Source: Chara braunii (taxonomy: Eukaryota > Plantae > Charophyceae). Taken from it: a DNA stretch of 64,000 nucleotides. The notes beneath the pieces are model-generated. The model did no database searches, was not told where the DNA came from, and was given only the letters and a program-made list of their open reading frames with translations. The position numbers and the translations under genes are program-made. Below are positions 1-13,299 of the stretch, one piece after another. The stretch's first letter is position 1. Each line of letters opens with the position of its first letter. The stretch spans positions 3,450,967 through 3,514,966 of the forward strand of contig BFEA01000044.1 of NCBI GenBank assembly GCA_003427395.1, given 5' to 3'.

Positions 1-30
1 CACGCTTGGTCAGTCGATCCACTGAGAGCT

Positions 31-627
31 CTAGCGTGTGGTTGGTGTGGTCGAGAGAGTGAATGTCCTCCTGCTGTGCAATGCACGTAGCGAGAAGGTC
101 AGAGACGTGGTTGAGCAGTTGAGATAGCTTGTTTCCATAGTCAGCGGATTCCCCACTCTCGGCCTCCTTCTGCCAATCCTTGGCCTGTGTGTGTACCGCA
201 TTTTCCTCCTTGAATAGAATCTCCCGTCGCCGTACACGTTCTTCATCTGCTGCCTTAGATGTTGCTGCTGCCGCAGTGCTGCGTGCTTCCGCCGTTGTTC
301 TTCTGCCAGAGGACGAAGCCTCTCTACCTCTGCCTCCTTCTTCTTTCGTGCAGCTGATGCTGCTTCTGCCCGCCCCTTACTCTCGTCCATCAGAGTCATC
401 ATCCGTGTCTCATAGGCCTCGTCAGATTCTCCTTGCGTTTGCTCCATCTCCGCTGTCTGTGAGTGAGTGAGTACGGTCATGCGCCGCGGATTGCTGACGT
501 GATAACTTACCAACGCTGCAGCCGGGAGTATCCGACGGGCCGTTGAAGAGGAAGAAGAGAAGGGGTGGAGCAGAGAGATGGGGGAGGTGTCGGATCTTGT
601 GGATCGCCCATAGGAGCCACTAATCAA
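31..627 (-). pseudogene. Probable gag-like fragment of a decayed LTR retrotransposon
   Basis: Charged coiled-coil segment (QTQGESDEAYETRMMTLMDESKGRAEAASAARKKKEAE...) of the kind seen at retrotransposon gag N-termini; no catalytic motif visible. Confidence 0.3.
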
Positions 628-774
628 ACGAAAAGTTGGAACTTTGCTTAAAATTTCGAGAAAAAGGAAAAAAAATCGAAATTGCTACTTCGGTAGGTCT
701 CCTAATCTTCCCCACCACACATAATCCGAATGAAATGAAAAAAAAAAAAAAAAACCGAATTATCAGACTGCAAA

Positions 775-829
775 CTAGGCTACCAGAGTGGCCCGGGGTC
801 ACTTGCCCCGCCGGGCCAAAAAATAAATA

Positions 830-865
<36 letters not shown>

Positions 866-1078
866 TTTGTTTTTCTAAATTTGGTGTCGAATTTCGATGT
901 GACCGTAAGGCAAAAGTTGTTCAGTTTAGTTTTCTGCATAACATAGTTTTTTTTCGGATTTATTTTATTTTATTTTATTTTTGTTTTTTTTGTTTTTTTT
1001 GTTTTTTTTTGCTGGAACCTTCCCTGGTCCATGCACGGGCTGGCCACCGGGACCCGGGCGGCCCGGCTGGTAGCCTAG
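775..1078. mobile_element. Non-autonomous DNA transposon (MITE), hAT-type
   Basis: 12-bp perfect TIRs CTAGGCTACCAG (775-786) / CTGGTAGCCTAG (1067-1078), flanked by an identical 8-bp duplication ACTGCAAA (767-774 and 1079-1086). Confidence 0.8.
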
Positions 1079-1673
1079 ACTGCAAATGAATAATAATGAA
1101 TAATAATCATGAATAATAAAATAACAGAACTGTGAAGAAAAAAAAAAAAAAAATCCTCAAGTTCAGAGAATTCCGGAAAAAAAAATAAATTGGAATCACT
1201 CAGATGAGAGTATGCACAGTTTGAAAAAAAGGTAACTGCAAGAGGGATTTCCCGTAAAACTAATTTCAGAATCTTGGAATAACGGTCATAATCAAATTTT
1301 GGAGCTTCCGTTACCCCACAATGCGTGAAAAAAAAAAAAAATCAACGCAAAAAATTTCCAAAAAAAAAAAAAAAAAAAAAAAAAAATGAAATAACGAATT
1401 TATGAGATTCCAAAAATTTGCGAAGTTTTCGAAATAACGGGAAATTGCAAAAGGACATACCAGTCAAAAGAAATTTTCCATAATATTATTCTGGATTTCC
1501 GACAATGAATTTTCGAATTTCAAAAGAAAACGAAAAACGAAACTTTAAGGTGCTACGCTATTACAATTTTCCATGAATAGAAATAGCGGGAAAACGAAAT
1601 CCAAGAAAAGCCAAAATTTTGATTTCGGCAGTTAGGTCAAAATCCGCGTTTTAGGGGACTAAGTAGTGTGTCC

Positions 1674-1765
1674 TAATCAATGAATCAATGAATCAATCAA
1701 TGATCAATCAGTCAATCAATCAATCAAGGATCCATCAATCAATCGATCAGGGACTAATCAATCAA
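1674..1765. repeat. Degenerate (AATC)n microsatellite
   Basis: Repeated aatc/aatg units. Confidence 0.8.
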
Positions 1766-3226
1766 TAGTCCCCTCACACGTGTCAGATCAGGTTGTCCTG
1801 ATTCACGTACGGGGCTCCGATACCAACTGATACATGCCCAGTTGGGCAATGTATGTACAACCAAGGATCCACAATGTGATGAAAAGGACTGAATGGACAA
1901 TGCAATGTTAGTGAAACGTCAACAGGCAATGTACCTTCTGATACATACGAAATGGCACTCAATAGCGCAGTGGAAGACTTCAAGGTAAGTCCTGACCTGA
2001 CCGGGACCGACACGACATCCCATCATACGTCACGCATGTGAGAGGAGGAGGAGGGACCGCACACCAAGAAGAAAGGTCCCTCCTTGTACACGCACATGGG
2101 GAGATACCACAGACGGGGGATGGAGGGAGAGGAAGGACGAAGATGGAGGTGAGGGAGAAGTCCAAGATCGCAATAGCGAAGTCCAAAATGGTCCCTTGCC
2201 GATGTCCAATCAATGTCTGCCTCAAAAATGTTGAATCAGACCCTGGGCAACATGCCCACTGTAACCTCTGCCGATAGCCTCTGCCACTTCTTTGTCTCAC
2301 TCTCGTATCTGAAGAAGAAGATGAAGGAGGAGGAGGAAGGAGGAAGAGGGAGAGAGGAAGAGAGGGAGATGAGATGGAGGGCGAGGAGAAAGAAGAAGAT
2401 GTCGTCCTCCTCGCTGTCTCACCTGCAGGTAGCTGCCGTCGTGCTGACCATGTCGTCATCCTGTGCAGGTACCGCACGGAGTCCTAGCTACGACGCCAGG
2501 TAAGTCCGCTGCTGCAGGTATGGCCTCCGCCTCTCTCTCTCTACCATGTGCGCCTCTCCTCCCTAGCTCAGCGGCACAGCGCTAGAATAGCGCAGCATGG
2601 CCCATCCTCTATCCAACAGCGTGTCACTTAAGAAGTGAGCGACCGAACTGTTCAGTGCCCAGCGTGAGGCCCAGCTATATAGTGCACTGGGCCCTCTTGG
2701 GTAAGCTGCTTAGTGGCCTAGAACGACCTGCACGGTCGAGGTCCCTATCGGGGCCCAGACCGTGCAGCTGGTGCAACAGGGCGCCAAAATGCGCTTGGGC
2801 CTGTTTCGGCCCTGTGTTTGGATGCAGCAGGGTGCCAAAAGGCGCCTGGGCCTGTTTCGGCCCTGAGTCCGGTGCACCCAACCCAAGGCCGTGCCTTGGG
2901 GGCTGCAAGTCCGAAACGGTGCCTGAACTGACAAAAGTAGGACATCACCTCCCATAAATAAATAAATAAATGAATGAATAAGTAAATAAATATTGGGATA
3001 AGTCTTATGTCGAACTGGTGGGGCTTCTGAATAACAGCCCCTCACTGAGGGCTGCATTAACATTTGGCCCCCCTCCCCATTTGACGTGGGTTGAGGCCTT
3101 CCAACGTATCTTGGTTGTTGCTCGGAGCCATTTCCACCCCCCTAAACAGCTCACCACTCAGCGCAGAAAGAGCACGACCAATCGACACAGACAAAGGCAA
3201 AAGGAACAGAAACGATCGACGAGGGG

Positions 3227-6200
3227 ATGACCTCACGAAGACTCGAACTAAGGCAACTTGTTGAACGGGGTCTTTTCGAGCTGCCACTCTCTAAGCTAAA
3301 TGCAGTACTAGTAATTCCCCTAAGAAAGGCGGAAGGAAAATGGGAAGTGCGCCTTTCCCCGGTGGGGGAGTATGGGGGCGTAACACTGCAAGGCTGGGAA
3401 TTCTCGCCCCAGGGGGGTGACCAGGGAGAAAGGGCTAGGATCTTCTCCAGCCAAATGACCGCCTTTATTCCCAAACACTACGCCCTAGGGGCAAGAGCAG
3501 GTTTGAGATTTGAGGCCTGCTGCGAAGAGCAGATGGCCAGAAACGATCTCTACCTGCTCTTCGAACCAAACAAATCCGCCAACCTAGGATGGTACAGCCA
3601 CAACGCTCTCCTGGACCTGCAGTGCGCAAAAATAAAAGTCTGTGAATACTGGTCCGAGGATGACGTTTGTAGATGCCTGTGCCGAATGGTGCGGAAGAAG
3701 ATTTTACATCTAGACAAATGGGATATCAAGAAATAGCATCCACTATGAGATAAGGGGAGTTGTCACTAAGCAATGGAAGAATTAGATATACTATACGGTA
3801 GGAACCCTGCTTGGAAAAAATGTGTCGACTCAGCCGACCTGGATCTTCGCTCCATTAACGTAAGGCCTGGCATCAAGTAAGCCAGAAAAACACCATGCCA
3901 TCTAGGATCAACTCAAAGGCATAGGAGGCAGGCGGTGGCCGGATGTAATCTGCATACAAGAAAACCATCTGCAAAACATTCCGGATCACAATAGAGCTCA
4001 TAATCTAGCTGACCTCATACGGCCATAAGAGCTCACGCTCCAAAACCAGGCTCGGTCGGGGTAGCAATCTGGATCCCCCCTGATTCCAGATTTCAACCAG
4101 TTCACTGGGCGATGGACGAAGTGGAGGGGCGATGGGCCTCTGTCCTGGGAATGTTAGAATTAGAACTTCTTTGTATCATATGTATCTACTCACCTAATTC
4201 AGTTGGAGAAAGGAGGGAGTTCCTGGGGAGGATTGGAATGCAAATCCCAGAAGGCATAGCAGGTGACTTCAATGTGACCCCGAATAAGAGTTTGGACAGA
4301 TGGAACGCCCAAGAATCTCCCTCCTTCGCTGCAATAGAGGATGAACAAATGATAGCAGACCTTTGTGAGTCACTCTCAGTCTTTGATATATTCCGACGTC
4401 TGCATCCTCAAACACGAGCATTCACATGCATTCGAGACAGTGACCCGGCGCGCCTATGCAAGTCTCGAATAGATCTTATTCTATTGTCTAACGATCTTGA
4501 GGGTGCTCTCCGATGGTCAATGATTCTCCCTCGCAGTCCGCACCTGGTCTCGATCATAAGACCTGTGGCATAATATTAACAATGCGGAAAAGGCCGGATC
4601 AAGGGTCAGGCTTCTATAAACTTAATACGTCCTTACTTAAGGACTCATCCTTCTCGCATATGATTCGACACGAATGGGAGTTCTAGCGCAAACAAAAACA
4701 CCTTTTTGATTCCTATCTTGTGTGGTTCAATAACGGCCTAATTTTTCTAGCCAGAAAGTGTAAGGAATTCTCCAGAGTCAAAGCAGCCCTACGACAACAT
4801 CTTGAAATGACCACCCATACTGAACTATTAGCCCTTGAGGGGCAAGCAGAGTCTAGACACCTAACCTCTGAGCAAGATTCACAGCATCTTATCACTTTCA
4901 TCCAGAATCTCAAAAACCAACTCCTACAGTATGCCTTACAATGCTTACATAGATGGCACAGAATCAGAATCAGAGAAAAAATAGCTAAACTCACATATGA
5001 AGCCTCAATGGATACGCATTTTTTCTCTTTGGCCACCGCACGAGCACGACGGACGGTCATCGAAGTCTTCTTCGACCCAGACAATAACAATATCATCGCC
5101 ACGGACACGGCACACTGCACTCTAATCACTAAAAAGTTCTTTAAACAACTTTACACCTCCCAAATCCCTTCATCCACTAAGGAAGGAAGGACCCGTGAAA
5201 TACAGGACTTCCTACTCACAATGGATCGACATATTTCTCCTCAGCAGCAGGATAATCTGGAGACAGCGCTTACAAAGGAAGAAATATGGACTGCACTCTC
5301 CCAAATGAAGGAAGATAAAACTCTTGGCATAGATGGCTTCCCCAAAGAATTTTGGGAAACTATGTGGTCGGACCTTAGTGCCGATCTATGGGAATATTAC
5401 CAAAGGGTATGGGAGGTCGGGGAAATGGGAGAGACCGTGGGGAAAAAGGTGCTTTCTCTTCTATACAAGAAAGGTGATAAAATGAGTATCAGGAACTACA
5501 GACCTATTACGCTGCTCATAGTAGTATATAAAATGCTTTTGAAAGCGCTGGCCAACCGCATGGCGGCAGTATTGGAAGAGGTCATTCACCCAGCCCAAAC
5601 CAGGTTCATGTCCGGCAGGAACATACAAGAAAACATCCTGCTGGTTAACGACGTGGTCCAATTAGCACGGTGAAAGCAAGCCAATGCGGCCATTATCTTT
5701 ATAGACTTCGAAAAAGCCTATGACCACGTAGACTGAGAATTTCTAGACATGTGTCTGGACAAAATGAACTTCGGTCCAGCCTTCCGGCGCTGGGTTAAGA
5801 TCCTCCACAATAATGCCACCACCTGTGTCCAGGTCAACGGGTCGGTGGCGCCGCCATTTGAGTTCCAACGGTCGGTGAGACAAGGGGATCTCATTGCCCC
5901 TTACCTCTTCCTAGTGATTATGGAGGCATTATCAGCTAACCTCTGGCAAAACAAAGACCTCACACGGATCAAGATATCGAATATCCCAAATGAAGCAATA
6001 CCTATCTGTTCCCTATTTGCAGATGACCTTACCATAATGGTAGAGGCAACTGCGGCCAACATGAAGGAAATCCAGCACCTTATGAACAAATTTTGCCGCC
6101 TATCGGGTATGACTGTTAATTGGGGACAGAAGACTACGGGGTGGTGGATGCATCACCATGGGGGCAGACCTCCGGAAAACCCACGAATCACATGGCTTCC

Positions 6201-8317
6201 CCCTGATGACCCCCTTAGAATCCTGGGGGCACTGATCACCTCTAAAGGAAGGTCGGCATCTAATGACGAGTGGCTGACTGGACCGGCACAAGTTAAATTG
6301 GAAAAATTAAACAATAAACGTACGTCCATTTTTGGGCGAACACTCGTCATCAATAACGTGGTCCTGGCCACACTTTGGTACAAGGTCATCCTATGGCCGA
6401 TGAGTAACGGGGGGCTCAAAGTACTCAAACAACAATTGGCGGCCTTCTTATGGAGGGGAGACAGCAACAACACCCATACGATAAACCGTGTAGCGTGGGA
6501 TTCAGTGATCCAACCCAAGAGCAGAGGCAGATTAGGAATCGTGTATCCGGCCACACAATTCCAGGCACTTTCAATTCGCTGGCTTCAGCACATTATTTTC
6601 TCGCCGTCCTCCCCATGGGTCCCCCTTTCCGACCTTGCCCCAGAGTCCCCGCCCGAAATTGATCCCTATATATGGTTGGAAGACAGGTACTGGAGGTTAA
6701 CCAGGAAATACAGAAATGGGGACCCCACAGACAGATACTGGGTGCGTCTCATACGCACATGGAGGAAACTCCCTCCTCCCGACAAGCCAGCACCAGACAG
6801 GTGGGAGAAAATATATCGGCAACCCTTATTTGGCAACCGTCTAATAACGGATTTCGGGGGGCGGGTGCGGTCTGCCTCGGACTCCCCATGGAAGGGATGG
6901 GTGAAACACGGTGTACGAAGGGTGGGGGACCTCTGGGACACAGAGGAAAGGGATTGGAAGAGTACCGACAGGATCCGAGCAACACTACGATACTGCCACT
7001 TCACTGAGAGGGCATTAGAGGAGTTGTAGTGTTGCTCGGAGTTTCCACCTCCATTGGTACACCACCCTTAGAAAAGGACCCTGCGTAAAGGAAGGCGACT
7101 GGGTGGGGCTACTCGACCACGAACAAGAAGTGGGGCACATACACCTCGCCGACCAGTCACACGTGCTTATAGAAGTCTTTTTCGTTCTGAAGGACCAGGA
7201 GCTGCGATGCAAACAACAACCCTTCATATGGAAGAATAAAAAAGAGGTGTATCGTATCAGGGTCATAAAGAATGGAGGACGTCAAAAGGTATTTCGCCCA
7301 AGGGTTCCAATTGAGGATCTCCCCCTGGAGCCGGATGAGTGGCGTTGGACCCTAAACTCTCCGTCCAGGAAGGGGGAAGCAAAAGCACTGGCACTACAAT
7401 ATTCAAAATCCAAATCGGTGTACCGAATGCTCAGACCGAAATACAAACTACGGGATCGCATAGAGGATAGATGGTATCGCGATCTTAATGTTGATCGCAG
7501 ACTTTTGAAACCCATCCGATGGTTTGCACAGTACAGCAGCAGACCAGCTAAAATCTCCGCCCTCCAGTGGCAAATAGAGCATAGGTGTCTACCAACCAAT
7601 GACTGGCTGATAGACCATACGCGCCTGGAACAACAAGGGAAGGTACTGCCATGGTGCCAGAAATGTCTCTCAAGCTACCCTGGGCGGAGGCGGGCCGAGA
7701 CCATCGAACACATTTTCCTCCAATGCCCCGCGTCGGTATTACTATGGAGAAGTTGGGATAGGATATGGCGACACATAGTTCCCGGCGCAATATGGCCATG
7801 GGACTGGAAGGCCCTTCTTTTGGGATATTACCCTCCAATCCGGGGGAAAACATTTGAGGAAAATATGTTCAACCTAGGAAGACGGAGTGTTCTATGGACC
7901 ATATGGTGGAAGAGATGTTGTTTTGAAATAGAAGGGGCGCGGGTGGAGGACGGGGAAACTATAGAACAGGTCCGGACATTGGTCCAGCACGAGATCGCAA
8001 CTCAATGGAAGACAGCTAAAGACAAGCTTTACCAAATGCATTCCTGGGGAGATATGAACAGGATCATCTCTACATTCAACAAGGATTGGCTGGGGGGAGA
8101 AAGGGAAGGATGGGTGGCTGAGGTTAAATGGACCGGTTGTCAACCAAAAAGGGAAGCACAGGAGGACCCCCGGACGAAGATTGCGAGAGACTGTCAACTG
8201 ACCTTTCATGACTGGACCAAGATAGATCCCGACTCCCCGCTACCGCCTGCTCAGGACTTCACAGACCCCTTCCCGCCCCATCCGCTGTCTTTAGCAGAAA
8301 CCTTTCCGTCTCAGTGA
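3227..8317 (+). pseudogene. LINE ORF2 (N-terminal extra domain - APE endonuclease - reverse transcriptase - zf-RVT), with stops and frameshifts
   Basis: Endonuclease motifs SINVR, IYSP, AGDFN, SRIDLIL; RT motifs KTLGIDG, NYRPITLL, DFEKAYD, SVRQGD, LFADDL; C-terminal CQKC...ETIEHIFLQCP. Confidence 0.9.
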
Positions 8318-8792
8318 GCCCTGGTAACGCCTATTTTGAAGTAGTTTTGAATTGGTTCTGCTTGGGCCTGCTTGGTCTCTATTTGTCTCTGTTATCTCTG
8401 TCTTCCTTATTATCTTAGCTTTTTGCATTCTGCTTAAGAGTGGACGATTGGGGATGGAAGGGATTGTTCCTCAGTCAAGATATTTTGATGTACTTCAATC
8501 TCAGTCTGTTTATGGGACGCTGGTCCACTTTTTAGTAAGGCCCTGGAGGTATGTCAGGGGGAAGGGGCGGTCTTGCCCCAGTCTTGGCATAGAATTTCTC
8601 AGTATTTTCTCAGTATCTTCTCTAGAAGAGTTTGATGATGCAATTGGTGCCAGAGGATTTCTTGGTGGATGGCACTGGATAGCAGTGGTTAGGGGAGGAG
8701 GGGAGACTTCACTGGTGCCCCCCAGTGGCCCCCCTCTATACCTGACCCTGCTGACCCTGTTGCAAGATAGGATGGAGCAGACTTAACATATC

Positions 8793-8878
8793 GGGACGCT
8801 GGACCCGGTTTCCAGCAAAAAGGGCGTCACTGCTTTGTAAAAGATAAATGTAAGGGACGCTGGACCCGGTTTCCAGCA
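8793..8878 (+). repeat. Duplicated 25-bp stem-loop in the LINE 3' UTR
   Basis: GGGACGCTGGACCCGGTTTCCAGCA at 8793-8817 and 8854-8878; each copy contains a GCTGGA/TCCAGC stem. Confidence 0.75.
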
Positions 8879-9204
8879 GGTGATGCTCCCCACCAATAGA
8901 TGGAGCGGCCCACCTGGCAAAGCCTCAATCCCGGTGGTTCTCTTACCACCACCAGGATAGAGGCCTTGCGCATGGGCCTTTTTTAAAATAAAAATTAAAA
9001 AATAAAATTAAAATAAAATTAAAATAAATAAATAAATAAATAAATAAATAAGTAGATAAATACTAACTCCGTGTTGCCTCACCCTGTGCCTGCGGCCTAG
9101 AGGGCCGCCGTGGGCCTCCAGGGCGCGTGCTGGATGGCGTGCAGCCGAGGGGACCCTCAACAACCATCGGGCCCTGCAAATGGGGCCCGTGTGCATCACG
9201 ACAA

Positions 9205-11990
9205 AGGAAGTCTGGGAAGCTCTACGAGCTATGACCAAGGGCAAGGCTCCTGGTGATTATGGTCTCCACGTGGAGCTATAACTGGCAATTTGGAATAAGT
9301 TGGGGGAAAACCTGGTTGAAATCTATAATGAGACCTTGTTGGGTGCAAAGCTGTCGGAAAACATGCGTCATGGTATTATCTCAGTATTGTTTGAAAAATA
9401 AGATAGTACAAAAATTTGTAATTCGATACCGGTTTCTGTGCTAAACATGTCCTACAAACTGCTCGAAAAAGTTATGGCTAGAAGGTTGGGGAAATACCTC
9501 TCATCACTAGTATTAAACGATGAAGCAACATTTGTACAGGGCAGGTCCATCTTTAATAATATAGTTATTGTCATCGAGACGCTAGAGATTATACAGAATG
9601 AGTCCTGAATATAGCGGTTTTACTGCTTGACCTCAAAAAGGCTTATGACCTCGTGAATTGCTCGTATGTCCTCACAACGTTGAAAGCAACGGGGTTGGGG
9701 CGAATTTCTGCAAATGGATGACCGCACTCTATCCACGACATCAGTGATAGTTGATGGCCATATTTCTCAATCGCTCGCTGTGTGAAGAATGTCCTTTAAC
9801 ACCTCTTCTATTCACAATACAAATGGAGATATTATTGAATAATATTCACACTCAGATGCACATATAAGGTCTACAAATAGGCATGTCCCAATGTAAAGTG
9901 AGCTTGAAAGCCTTGGCGGATGACCTTTTAACAATATCTAAGAACACAGTGAAACCGTTGGGAACTCTAAAGAATGAACTTGATGTTTATTCTAACCTCT
10001 CGAAGACCTTGGTCAACTGACACAAGTAAACTTACCTCCTCCCAATGATATTCATAATTGTATGCGAGTGGGGAATGAAATGAGTTCCAAATAATCAATC
10101 CGAACGTTTCCTGGGAGTCCAAATTTCACTCTTGGGCTGCAATGGGGACCAAGATGACCTTCTGTTGTAGAAATCAATGCATCGTATGGTGACATGAGGC
10201 AAGGCCCCCCACTTATCCTTGTTTGGCAGGGCATTAGTGGTAAACGGAACCTTGCTTGCATTTCTTTGGTTCGTGGGGACAGTGAGGGCTCTCGGTAAGG
10301 AACTATACTCCTTAACGAAGAGAAGGACCGCTAAATTCATCTAGAAACCATATGTCAAAGAGGAAGAGTCCTTTATCCCCAAAGTGGCCTGGGAGATGTT
10401 ATGCATCCCTAGAGCTAAAGGAGGTCTGGGGTTATTAGACCCTTCAAAGCAAAACAATGTGATGCTAGTAAAGTGGTTGATTTGAGCAAGTACCGAGAAC
10501 CCAGCCTCACATTGGGTAGAAATGACCGAGTGTATTCTTGCATCGGAGTGGAACTTGGTTAGGCCTCAGGATGTATGGATATGTATGATGCTTTATTCAT
10601 TTCAGAGAAGACAAATTAAATCTCAATTCTGGAAAGCTATTGTCTCATCTTCGAAAAAACTCAGACCTGATGTTTGGGTAGAACCAGTGACAAAAGCTGA
10701 AATTTTGGCCCAACCACTGTTCAAAAATATGAAAATAGTTCAAAGTACGTCTGTCAGGTCATAACTGGGTTAAAGCGGATAACACTAGCTTCGGTCGCAA
10801 ATGGATAGAAAAATACATCTTTAGAATAGACGATATCTGGAAGACACTTCTTGGCACATGGAAGACAGAATCACACTTACGAGATTCTCTTGGTCAAATA
10901 AGGAATCTAGACCACAAATTGGTTATGCTGATAACAGTCATTCCCCAACACTGGAAAAAACAGTTAGATCCAAGTGATGTGGAACCCTTGGGCACGTGGT
11001 TGGTATGTAAAGGAGAGGGCACAAGACTGTGGAAATTAATCGAATATCTGCCTAACGTTAATAGTCTTTCAAGTCTGGCAAAATAGTGGCGATAACGTAT
11101 TGTTGAAATTGAAGGATGATGAGCACCCGACAGTGGGCTCTAATTTTTCGCAGATTCGAGTTATAAAATCAATTTCGCCAGAAGGTGAACAATCTTGCAT
11201 ATTACTTATGAAAGACACACCTATTGAGTCTCTGAAACTTGACCCCTATATGTGGGAATGGAGGGCTATGGGTAAAGAAGGTAGTAATGTCCGTCTCCTG
11301 GATTACACACAAGAAATTGGATACAAAGCCATTATCCCGTCGAAGGACCCACTTACTGTGCCCCAAACTAGATATTACTGTTGGACTGTGACCCAAATAA
11401 AATTGGAAAAGCCCCGGGAAACTGTTGGGAACAACTTAAGCTTATTTCGTGTCAACGTTAGACCTCCGTCTTGTGGTTACTTTCGATGCTAGTCACACCA
11501 TCAGCTGTGTGGCTAGCAGAGAGGCGAATGGAAGTGGATTTGAAATGTTTGAGATGTGAATGGGCTTTTGAGTCAACAATCCATCTTTGGTGGGATTGTC
11601 CGACTTTAGCCAGAATTTGGAAATGGTGGACGAATATTTGGAAGGCTTTGCCAGGCCAGGAAATGGAATGGGATAAAACATGGACACTGTTGGGAGGAAT
11701 CTCATATAACTTGTCCCTTACGAAAGGATGGGGCTACACAGTGCAAGCGACAAGGGCAGTTTTGTTCTCAGTGATCTGGCAGACCAGAAATGATAAAGTA
11801 TTTGAAGAAAAGCAATGGACCAATGCACAGATCAGAAACACAGTTATGCAGGGATTGAGAAGAGCGGTTCAAGCCGACTGGCGGAGGAAAGTCATCAAAC
11901 CAACCAACAGAGGCAGCAGTAACCTTTGGTTTCGTTAAGTTCTTAACAATTATTTTGCTTCGATTGATGAGGAAGGTCATTTATCCTTGG
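9205..11990 (+). mobile_element. 5'-truncated, heavily decayed L1-clade LINE (RT to zf-RVT)
   Basis: EVWEALRAMTKGKAPG at the start, then DLKKAYD, KALADDL, KVAWEMLCIPRAKGGLG and CLRCEWAFESTIHLWWDCP; many stops and frameshifts. Confidence 0.85.
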
Positions 11991-12472
11991 CTTCTTGGTT
12001 ATTCAAACAATAGTCACAGGAGACTGGCAAGCGGGTTTTCTGCAGTGGGAGCGCCATAGCTAAGTGCCCCCTCTCTAGGCCGAGTTAGGCAAGGGAGTGT
12101 GGCTAACTAGGCTAGATGAAGTAGATGATAGGATAAGCTAGGATGTAGGAGTTAGAATGTGGTTGTTGACCTTTTTTAGTTGCAAGAGTACCAATAGCAG
12201 TTCTGAAGAGAGTCGATGGGTTGCTAAGACTGAGAAGATTTTGTTAGTTTTCCTTTTGTTTGAGATGGGATTTGGATTGTGTTTGGCTTTGGAGGCCCTG
12301 AAGGTATTTTTATTTCTTTGTTTTTTTTCCCCCCCAAGGTTTGGGATCTGTCAGGGCAGCGGTCCAGTTTTGGCCATTCTGCTACTAGACCACAGTGTCC
12401 CAAGGCCTGCACCGAAGCTGGGTAATGGCCCCAGTACTGATCTTTTCCGGGTTGTTTGTGGAGGATTCTCGA

Positions 12473-12567
12473 GGCTAGGTCCCACTTACACGAATGAAGA
12501 GATATTGACCGTAGATAGCAAAGATAGATGACCATAATCTCTTAATCCGTGAAAGTGGGACCTTGCC
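12473..12567. repeat. ~95-bp imperfect palindrome, copy 1
   Basis: GGCTAGGTCCCACTTACACG...CGTGAAAGTGGGACCTTGCC; a second copy lies at 28542-28640. Confidence 0.75.
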
Positions 12568-12595
12568 CGCGGCCTCCTCATTCTCTTGAGTGGTA

Positions 12596-13151
12596 GCAAC
12601 TGTCCTGCTCGAGCCCTTCTAGTTGGTACCTACTCGACGGGGCAAGATGCAACCATCACTTCAAGCGTTAACAAGATACTTTCACTTTGGTCATTTCAAC
12701 GCAACTGTCTCAGAAGGCCTCGTCACAGACGATCTTCAGTTTCAACGGAGGGCACTGTTTTTTAAGATTCAGTTTTCTTTATCTCCTAAAAAATCAACTG
12801 TCTCCTAGAGGCCTTCTCATCGACAATCTTTGGTTCCAATGGAAGGGCACTGTTTTCCTAAGATCAATTTTTTATTCTCAGAATCTACGGATGTGTGTGA
12901 GTGAGCCAAGATCCACGAAGGGGCCCAGTGGAACTTACCCTGTGGGAAGGAGCCCCTTGGAGGACCGATCGCCACTCGATCCTGGAGCAACGAGTGTATA
13001 AATAACCGGCACAGGATCGGTCGCTGCAGGCTGACTTGACTCGCGCTGAGCGGCTTCGGGATTTCGTCCGCCGGCAGTTGCGCCCATCACATAGGCAAAC
13101 CTGCGGTCACAGCACAGCCACCAAGTCTGCTCAGAGGCCGAGTTGTTTTCC
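12596..13151 (+). repeat. Split direct repeat A1
   Basis: Highly similar to 27451-28005 (4 mismatches in the first ~137 nt, counted by eye); contains an internal ~90-bp subrepeat and TATAAATA at 12997-13004. Confidence 0.9.
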
Positions 13152-13299
13152 CTCCCCCAACTCAGACCAGACACTGCACGCGTCGTTCAACTTTTTCATT
13201 CAGGAAAATCTTGGCTCAGTCACCACCCCCTCCTCTCCCCCTCCCCCCCCCCTAATCGAACCCTCGCGTCTCATTCATTCACCAAACCAGTCAGTCAGG

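Larger units (their letters stand above)
2993..9046 (+). mobile_element. L1-clade non-LTR retrotransposon (LINE), decayed, with A-rich tail and TSD
   Basis: APE endonuclease, RT and C-terminal zinc-finger remnants; (TAAAA/TAAA)n tail ~8985-9046; near-identical flanks AATAAGTAAATAAATA (2977-2992) and AATAAGTAGATAAATA (9047-9062). Confidence 0.9.

Noticed and set aside
1783-2620. Minus-strand ORFs as a gene
   Set aside because: Probably retroelement-derived, but fragmented and without a recognisable motif.
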